A DNA stretch of 64,000 nucleotides, taken from contig CBDBKM010000005.1 of assembly GCA_965206695.1 (NCBI GenBank), forward strand, positions 73,244 through 137,243, given 5' to 3'. Numbering within the stretch: position 1 is the first letter of the stretch; the number at the start of each line of letters is the position of its first letter. Both the position numbers and the translations under genes were made by a program. The stretch is from Chlamydiales bacterium. Lineage in GTDB: Bacteria > Chlamydiota > Chlamydiia > Chlamydiales > JAAZZY01. Positions 20,067 to 26,754 of this stretch are shown piece after piece. The notes below the pieces were generated by a model. The model did not search any database and was not told the DNA's origin. It saw nothing but the letters and a program-made list of their open reading frames with translations.

Positions 20067-21049
20067 TATTGGCAGGAGATATCGGAGGGACTAAAACTAA
20101 CTTAGCTATTTTTGATGTTAAAGATTCTAAATTGGTTTTAAAAGAAGAAAAAAAATACCCCGGCTCTGATTATGAAAGCCTCGATAAAATCGTTAATCTT
20201 TTTCTAAGTGAACATCCTACTAAAATCTTAAGTGCCTCTTTTGGCATTGCAGGCCCGGTAAAAGAAGGAAAAGCTAAAACAACTAACCTGCCTTGGGTTA
20301 TTGATGCCAAAACTCTTGCAAACGAAATAAAATGTGAGCATGTATCCTTACTCAATGATCTGGAAGCAAATGCTTATGGCATTGCAGTGCTGGAAACCAA
20401 AGACTTTTTTAATTTAAACAAGGGAGACACCTCTATAAAAGGCAATGCCGCATTAATTTCTGCAGGTACAGGCCTAGGAGAAGCCGGATTATATTGGGAT
20501 GGTAAAAACCATCTTCCATTTGCCTGTGAAGGCGGTCATGTAGATTTCGCAGCACGAAACGAACTGGAAATGCGTTTATTTCAATTCCTTAATAAAGAAG
20601 AAGAGCATGTTTCATATGAAAAGGTACTCTCCGGCATTGGAATACATAACATCTATCGATTTCTACTTCATGATCATCAAAGCCGTCCCGGTAATCAGTT
20701 GCAGAAAGATCTGAAAGAAAAAGACCCTGCTTATGTTATCTCAGAATATGCTCTAAACAATAAAGATTTAATCTGTGTCGAAGCACTTGAGCTTTTCATG
20801 ATGCTATATGGATCTGAAGCGGGTAATGTTGCGTTAAAATTTCTGGCAGTCGGCGGGCTTTATATTGGAGGCGGTATCGCACCCAAAATTTTAGAGAAAT
20901 TAAAAACCTCACAGTTCATGACGTGTTTTTGTAAAAAAGGCCGTATGGATACCCTCTTAAAGCCTATTCCGGTAAATGTCATTTTAAATGACAACGCAGC
21001 CCTTTTAGGAGCTGCTCGATTTGCAGCTCTACAGGTTGATTTAATATAG
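20063..21049 (+). CDS. glk: glucokinase
   Basis: Motifs MILAGDIGGTKTNLAIF, EGGHVDFA and GGGIAPK. ATGA overlap with the zwf stop (20063-20066). An alternative GTG start lies at 20051. Confidence 0.9.
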   Translation: MILAGDIGGTKTNLAIFDVKDSKLVLKEEKKYPGSDYESLDKIVNLFLSEHPTKILSASFGIAGPVKEGKAKTTNLPWVIDAKTLANEIKCEHVSLLNDLEANAYGIAVLETKDFFNLNKGDTSIKGNAALISAGTGLGEAGLYWDGKNHLPFACEGGHVDFAARNELEMRLFQFLNKEEEHVSYEKVLSGIGIHNIYRFLLHDHQSRPGNQLQKDLKEKDPAYVISEYALNNKDLICVEALELFMMLYGSEAGNVALKFLAVGGLYIGGGIAPKILEKLKTSQFMTCFCKKGRMDTLLKPIPVNVILNDNAALLGAARFAALQVDLI

Positions 21050-21074
21050 GCAGTCCCACAAAACAATCTCTTTC

Positions 21075-21461
21075 TTATCTTAAAAATCTCTGCCGGTTTG
21101 TTACAATCGCTTTCATCGCTACCTGTGTTGTCTCAACAATTGCTTTATCCATATCATGTGTGATTTCTATCATACCCCACCCTGAGATAACTCCCACAGC
21201 TAATCCGGATAGAAAAAAAATACTGTTTTCTGCATAAATACCTATACTAACAATGCTTACAGCTGTAAAGACACCAAATAATGAAACCGAAAGAGTAAAT
21301 TTGGCTATACCTTCTATAACATCTTGAGCAGATTGAATCCTCCTATCAGTGAATTCAATAATTGGATTAGTTGTTAATGCTTTCGATTCAATAGATTTTC
21401 CATCCAATATATCCCTCTTAAAAACATACGGTGACTCTGAAACGATGGTCATATTACTCAT
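21075..21461 (-). CDS. small membrane protein with a bilobed hydrophobic domain (Inc-like candidate)
   Basis: 128 aa. FTLSVSLFGVFTAVSIVSIGIY - AENS - IFFLSGLAVGVISGWGMIEI forms two adjacent TM segments with a short loop. No homolog was recognised. Confidence 0.55.
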   Translation of the reverse strand: MSNMTIVSESPYVFKRDILDGKSIESKALTTNPIIEFTDRRIQSAQDVIEGIAKFTLSVSLFGVFTAVSIVSIGIYAENSIFFLSGLAVGVISGWGMIEITHDMDKAIVETTQVAMKAIVTNRQRFLR

Positions 21462-21504
21462 AAATTAACCTCCTAAATACGGGATAGCTTACTAAATATC
21501 GACT

Positions 21505-21665
21505 TTGACAACTCATAACCCTCGGGGGAAGGGATTGCTCATTCCACGATCACTGCCCTACGGTAGATCTAAAAGATAGGGATAGTATACAAAATATGAG
21601 GATTAACAAAAATACGAAATAAAACTGTAATCGAAACGCTCTCATCCCAATACTAAAGCGTCTAT
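21505..21665 (-). repeat. non-autonomous IS605-derived mini-element (degenerate RE module 2 plus partial LE)
   Basis: TTGACAACTCATAACCCTCGGGGGAAGGGATTGCTCATTCCACGATCACTGC aligns to the reverse RE module. The TGCCCTACGGTA...ACGCTCTCATCCCAATACTAAAGC part is homologous to 7700-7810. Confidence 0.5.
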
Positions 21666-21687
21666 TTGTTTTTTTGATTTTGGATAT

Positions 21688-21912
21688 ACTCATTCACATT
21701 CGAAGCCGGACAGGATTGAGTTCCGGCACTTGAAATGTATCATTCATTCGTGTCTTAAGCTTGTCTCTTAAAATCGGGATTTTGTCTTTAAAAAACCCCT
21801 TACCTCTCATTTAAAATCAGTAAATGTCATAAGTAACCGTTTCCCTTATCACCTTCCAAAGACTTTCTATGGTATTTAAATTTGGAGAATTATGGGGTTA
21901 AAGAGACAAGCT
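21688..21912. repeat. segmental repeat copy 1: unclassified unit of about 140 bp plus the 3' terminus of a degenerate IS630-type element
   Basis: ACTCATTCACATTCGAAGCCGGACAGGA...CTTAAGCTTGTCTCTTAAAATCGGGATTTT...ATAAGTAACCG...CCAAAGACTTTCTATGG recurs at 26096-26330 with a few indels. Confidence 0.6.
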
Positions 21913-21913
21913 C

Positions 21914-23021
21914 TATACCCCTTATGAATCAAAGTGCCGATTCTAAGACTTGAAAATGATCATTGATTCGTTTCCTCATTGATTGAGCAATAGAGGGCCA
22001 AGTATTTTCAAAAAATCCGGTAATCGATCTCCGAAATTCTTTAGCAGAATTAAAAAACCGATTATTGCGACAATATTCATTCATCACTTTCCATAATCGT
22101 TCAATGGGATTGAGGTTAGGACTGTAAGAAGGTAAATAATAGAGAATAATACCTTGTTTTTCTGCTTCTTGTTTGGTCTGAATACTTGTATTATAAGGGC
22201 CTTGATCTAAAATAAGATGGATATTTGGAGCTGAGGGGTATTTTGACCGTAGCAAAGCAAAATGCTTTGCCATGGTACCGCTATTTAATGTTTCATAAGC
22301 ATCTATTGTTACCTTCATACTGTTTAAATTGATAGACCCCATAAGATTCATTCGAGTACGAGAAGCTGTTGTTGCAATCAATTTATCTGTTCCCGGTCGA
22401 ATCCAACCATAAGAAATTTTAGTTGCCATAGTTGGATGTACACCATCAGCAAATTCAACAGGCTCATTTTTAGGCAAAGATGCCATAAGCTTGGCGTAAA
22501 ATTGCATCCAAGCTTTTTGTTGATCAGAATTTGCCTTAGCCGGTGTACCTTTAGGCTTTTTATAGGAAAAACCATGTGAGTGTAGCCAAGAAGTCATCCC
22601 TGAAATCGTATAAACAATGCCATATTTCGCGAGAACATAAGAACAGATATCTTCTACTTTGACATAGGTATGAGTTGTTAAATGTTTAATGAATTCTTCT
22701 GACTGTGGCGCAAGAAGTTTACTGACTGAACCACCGCTTTCTATATGCAATTGCTGTTTATTTTGATATTCTTTAATGTGACGAGACACTGTTTCATCGT
22801 CTAAAAGCACAGCTTCAGCAATACGAGTATTACTCCAACCTTTATTCGACAATAGAACAGCCTTGATACGATCTCGTATACGACCATTCTTTTCTCGTTT
22901 ATGTTGCTGTCTGAGATGCTTTTCTTCTGATAGTGTTAAAAATGAATTCATACAAAACAATTTACACTATACGAATACAAAATATCCGGAGGTTTATTCG
23001 TGATGAGTATATACTTAGTAC
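21914..23021 (-). mobile_element. IS630-family IS (fourth lineage), apparently intact
   Basis: Imperfect terminal IRs beginning TATAC, with TA at both junctions. It carries the full-length ORF 21929..22960. Confidence 0.8.
21929..22960 (-). CDS. IS630-family transposase, full length
   Basis: 343 aa in a single frame. N-terminal HTH (WSNTRIAEAVLLDDETVSRHIKEY). DDE residues in FADGVH, LILDQGPYN and YSPNLNPIERLW. Confidence 0.9.
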   Translation of the reverse strand: MFCMNSFLTLSEEKHLRQQHKREKNGRIRDRIKAVLLSNKGWSNTRIAEAVLLDDETVSRHIKEYQNKQQLHIESGGSVSKLLAPQSEEFIKHLTTHTYVKVEDICSYVLAKYGIVYTISGMTSWLHSHGFSYKKPKGTPAKANSDQQKAWMQFYAKLMASLPKNEPVEFADGVHPTMATKISYGWIRPGTDKLIATTASRTRMNLMGSINLNSMKVTIDAYETLNSGTMAKHFALLRSKYPSAPNIHLILDQGPYNTSIQTKQEAEKQGIILYYLPSYSPNLNPIERLWKVMNEYCRNNRFFNSAKEFRRSITGFFENTWPSIAQSMRKRINDHFQVLESAL

Positions 23022-23117
23022 ACCAAATAATTAAGATGATTAAGATTAAAAATAGCTGTCTTTGCAGTTTGCCGTCTTTCCATGTGGACAATGTATATAG
23101 TAATACAACATATGACT

Positions 23118-23971
23118 ATGAAAAAAGCTTATAAATTTAGATGCTGCCCAATAAAAAAATAAAAAGAGCTTTTAGCTAAAAGCTTTGGTTGTTGTAGGGT
23201 AGTGTATAATCAAGCTTTAAATTTTAAGATTAAGAAATATCAAGAAGAAAAAGAGAGCACATTAAATATTGCAAAACCTAAATAACCATTAAAAATACGT
23301 TGGTCGAGGAGATTGATTGGAATTCCTTCAGGAGTAGCGGTTACTAAAGATACATGCGAAAAATATTTTATCAGTATCCCGGTGGAAGAGCAACCTATTC
23401 AACTTAAGCAATATAATTATGCTATTGGAATCGATATGGGCTCGGAAAGTTTTGTAACAACATCCAACGGTAAAAAGTTAATTTCTCCTAAGCCATTTAA
23501 GTATTTTAAAAAGAAATTAAAAAAAAAATCAAAAATGTTTAAGTAAATTTAAATCTACCGGCAAACACAGAAACAAAAGCAGAATCAAAGTCGCCAAGAT
23601 TCATTTTAAAAATATAAGACATGACTTTTATCATAAACTTTCTACACAATTGATTTATGAAAACCAAGCCATCATAATTGAAGGTTTAAATATCAGAAGT
23701 ATGTTAAAAAATAAAAGATATGCGGAAGGTCTATCAGATGCAGAATAGCGTCAATTGTTAATATTTTTAAAGTATACATGTGATTGGTACGGAAAAAACA
23801 TAGTCGAACTACCTCAGAATTTTCCCGGTATACAACGATGTTCCATATGCCGACACAATGTAGAAAAATTAGAGTGCAATATAAGATCTTGAAAATCCCA
23901 AATGCAATACTGAGCATGACAGAGATTGTAACGCAGCCTATAATATCTACCGAGGGCAGTCGGTAATTTAA
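23118..23971 (+). pseudogene. tnpB: TnpB (IS605 OrfB) RNA-guided nuclease homolog, multiply frameshifted and deleted
   Basis: The N-terminus KAYKFR...LLAKSFGCCRVVYNQAL, the mid part GIDMGSESFVTTSNGKKLISPKPFKYFKKKLKK and the Zn-finger region are spread over several frames. It is shorter than a full tnpB. Confidence 0.75.
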
Positions 23972-24057
23972 GCCTTTGGGGATCGTGTTAGACTAGCACT
24001 TGTTAGCAATGATCGTTGAATGAGGAATTCCCTCCCTTTAGGGTTGGGAGCTGTCAA
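23955..24057 (+). repeat. IS605 RE / putative omegaRNA module 3
   Basis: GGCAGTCGGTAATTTAAGCC...CCCTCCCTTTAGGGTTGGGAGCTGTCAA. It overlaps the tnpB stop and ends 26 nt before the TTG start of the ltaS-like gene. Confidence 0.7.
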
Positions 24058-24082
24058 TTGTTCTTCTAAAGGGGGGATACTT

Positions 24083-25960
24083 TTGAATAGATTCATCAAA
24101 CTCGCGTGGCATTTTTTTTTACTTATCATTATTTATGAAGGATTACGTCTTTTATTTTTAATCAACAATATCGATTTTTTTCAAGATTTTGCTACTAAAG
24201 ACCTTCTCAAAACATTTATCTCAGGCCTTCGTTTTGATCTAGCCGGTATTGGATTTATCAATTTCTTATATGTAATCCTTTATATGTTTCCCATAAAAGA
24301 TGAGTGGATGAATAAATCCTATCTCGCATTTTTAAAATGGTTATTCGTCATTAGTAATGGTATTTTTATTACAGCGAACATCTCCGATGCCGAATATTTT
24401 AAATTTTCCGGAACAAGGTTATCATTAAGTTCATTTAAAATTACGCAAGATTTAGCCGATCAATCTCTTCAATTGATCGGCTATTACTGGTATTTATCTC
24501 TTTTAATTATTTTTAATATCGGGTTTTTAGCCTACTTTTACGACAAACCTTTCTTAAAAAAATGGAACTTTAAATTTAATTTCTTCTCTCAAAATTTTCT
24601 TTTTCTTCTTATGATTTTTTTTATGGTCGTATTCGCAAGAGGTGGCTTACAACTTAAACCTGTCATACCGGCCAATGCCTTCGCTAACAATAAGCCTCGC
24701 TTAGCTCAGCTTGCCTTAAATAGCTCTTTTACTATTTTAAAATCTTCTACACAAGAACAACTCTCATCCCCTCATTATTTTAAAAATTGGAATGAAATAT
24801 TAAATATTCTCAATAAAGAATCATCTGTAAATAAGGGTATTGATCCCTTACCGGAAAACACTAATGTCGTTATTTTTATTTTAGAAAGCTTTGCATTGGA
24901 ATATATGGGTTTGCCTAATAGCTACGAAGGATACACCCCTTTTCTTGATGAAATTGCTAACAACGGACATTTTTTTTATAACCATTTTGCAAATGGACGT
25001 CGCTCTATTGATGCTCTGCCTTCGATTTTAGGTGGTTTACCTGCCTTGATGGATACCGCTTTTATCGTCTCTAGATACCAAACATGTTCTTTAAACGGAT
25101 TACCGGCAACATTAGATGAACGAGGATATTCAACAGCTTTTTTCCATGGAGGGAAAGAAGGGACAATGTATTTTGATGTTTTAACCAAAATGCTTGGCTT
25201 TCATCAATACTTCGGCGCTTCCGATTATCCCAATGAAAAGGACCATAGCGGTAGTTGGGGGATCCATGATCATTCTTTTTTTTCCTTTTCAATAGAACGG
25301 ATTAATGAAATGAAAAAACCCTGCTTTTGCACTATTTTTAGTTTGAGCTCTCACCATCCATATAATATTCCACCCGAACACGAAAATCATTTTCCTAAAG
25401 GAACTTTAGAAATTCATGAAAGCATTGGTTATGCTGATTATGCTTTAAGACAATTTTTTGAGAAAGCCAAAACACAAGATTGGTTTGATAATACCTTGTT
25501 CATATTCACCGCTGATCACACTTCTAAATCTGAATATCCCCAATACCAAACCAATATAGGACGTTTTCGGATTCCATTAATTTTTTATCACCCGCAGAAA
25601 TCATTACCTCTGGTATCAGAAAAGACTGTCGCTCAACATGTGGATATTACACCTACTATTTTAGATTTATTGGGTATCCTACAGACTAAAAAAGCGTTAT
25701 TTGGCAACTCGTTAATCAAAAAAGATAACAACCATTATGCCCTAATCTACAATTCTAATACCTATTGGCTTGTTAAAGATGATTTTCTCACCCAGATGAA
25801 TCCTGACGGTAGTATCGAATATTTCAACCGGGAACAAGACCCCCTTCAAACCAAGCAACTATCCATACATGCTCGGCAAAAAAATCCGTTAGACAACTTG
25901 TTAAAAGCCAACATCCAATATTATAAGGATGGCCTTAAAGAAAATAAGATATCTTGGTAA
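24083..25960 (+). CDS. LtaS-like sulfatase-family membrane enzyme (phosphoglycerol/phosphoethanolamine-transferase-like)
   Basis: N-terminal polytopic membrane region plus an alkaline-phosphatase/sulfatase domain (VVIFILESF, GRRSIDALPS, SSHHPY, FTADHTS). The start is set at TTG 24083, after AAAGGGGGG, because the longer ORF (24020) begins inside the RE repeat. Confidence 0.8.
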   Translation: MNRFIKLAWHFFLLIIIYEGLRLLFLINNIDFFQDFATKDLLKTFISGLRFDLAGIGFINFLYVILYMFPIKDEWMNKSYLAFLKWLFVISNGIFITANISDAEYFKFSGTRLSLSSFKITQDLADQSLQLIGYYWYLSLLIIFNIGFLAYFYDKPFLKKWNFKFNFFSQNFLFLLMIFFMVVFARGGLQLKPVIPANAFANNKPRLAQLALNSSFTILKSSTQEQLSSPHYFKNWNEILNILNKESSVNKGIDPLPENTNVVIFILESFALEYMGLPNSYEGYTPFLDEIANNGHFFYNHFANGRRSIDALPSILGGLPALMDTAFIVSRYQTCSLNGLPATLDERGYSTAFFHGGKEGTMYFDVLTKMLGFHQYFGASDYPNEKDHSGSWGIHDHSFFSFSIERINEMKKPCFCTIFSLSSHHPYNIPPEHENHFPKGTLEIHESIGYADYALRQFFEKAKTQDWFDNTLFIFTADHTSKSEYPQYQTNIGRFRIPLIFYHPQKSLPLVSEKTVAQHVDITPTILDLLGILQTKKALFGNSLIKKDNNHYALIYNSNTYWLVKDDFLTQMNPDGSIEYFNREQDPLQTKQLSIHARQKNPLDNLLKANIQYYKDGLKENKISW

Positions 25961-25981
25961 AGGAAGGCTATCATCACAAGG

Positions 25982-26083
25982 TTGACAGCTCCCAACCCTA
26001 CAGGGAAGGAATTCCTCATTCAATGACCATTGTAACAAGTCTTAGCCTAATATGATCTCCAAAAGCTTAAATTACCGACTGCC
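25982..26083 (-). repeat. IS605 RE / putative omegaRNA module 4 (only a tnpB scrap attached)
   Basis: TTGACAGCTCCCAACCCTACAGGGAAGGAATTCCTCATTCAATGACC...TTAAATTACCGACTGCC. It is convergent with module 3 across the ltaS-like gene. Confidence 0.7.
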
Positions 26084-26095
26084 CTTCAGATATAC

Positions 26096-26330
26096 ACTCA
26101 TCCACATTGGAAGCCGGACAGGAGCACTTGAAATGTATCATTCATTCGTGTCTTAAGCTTGTCTCTTAAAATCGGGATTTTTTCTTTAAAAAAGCCCCTT
26201 ACCTCTCATTTAAAATCAGTGAATGTATTATAAAATTTATTATAAGTAACCGCTTCCCTCATCATTTTCCAAAGCCTTATCTATTGCATTTAAATTTGGA
26301 GAATAATGTAGGGGTAAATAGACATGCTCT
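26096..26330. repeat. segmental repeat copy 2 (see 21688-21912)
   Basis: Alignable by eye to 21688-21912. It runs into the IS630-type remnant at 26241 onward. Confidence 0.6.
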
Positions 26331-26660
26331 ATACGTGAAGTTTTTAAATATTCTGTGAATCAGTTTGTTGTTATTGGCTCTTCCGTTATCTAAAATGACA
26401 TCTATTTTTGAAGCCTGTGAATGTTTTTCTAATCCTTTTAAGAAGTCAATAACCCCCTCTTCCTCCAATCATAGAATATTCTTTTGACCTGATTGTCATA
26501 CCCTCAAGTCGCAAAGCTCCAATAATTAGGCCTCCCGGTTTGCTTCTTTCCGGTCTTAATCGTTTTCTTAACCCCTTTTTGGATCCACCCACATACAGTT
26601 TAGAGGATGTACTGCATCAAAAAAATAGATCTCTTCAGAATTTTGAAGACCGGCTTTTAA
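26241..26660 (-). pseudogene. IS630-family transposase remnant (second lineage)
   Basis: ORF 26277..26468 (IDVILDNGRANNN...) plus frameshifted upstream pieces. The 3' end PNLNAIDKALE-like sequence matches 2640-2700. Confidence 0.55.
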
Positions 26661-26754
26661 TGCTTCCTATTCTTTAATAAATAAGTTTTTTGAGAAAAAG
26701 CTTAACATATTCATCAAATAATACGTATGAATTTATTTTATGGGATTGGTATTA

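Larger units (their letters stand above)
23022..24057 (+). mobile_element. IS200/IS605-family element, copy C (tnpA stub, broken tnpB, RE)
   Basis: A reverse tnpA 5' stub at 23022-23100 matches 44100-44170. tnpB starts MKKAYKFRCCP... at 23118. The RE ends ...GGGAGCTGTCAA at 24057. The tnpA side is truncated by the IS630 at 21914-23021. Confidence 0.75.

Noticed and set aside
24020-24082. N-terminal extension of the LtaS-like ORF (MRNSLPLGLGAVNCSSKGG...)
   Set aside because: These codons are the translated IS605 RE repeat. A TTG start at 24083 with an upstream G-rich RBS fits the membrane protein better.
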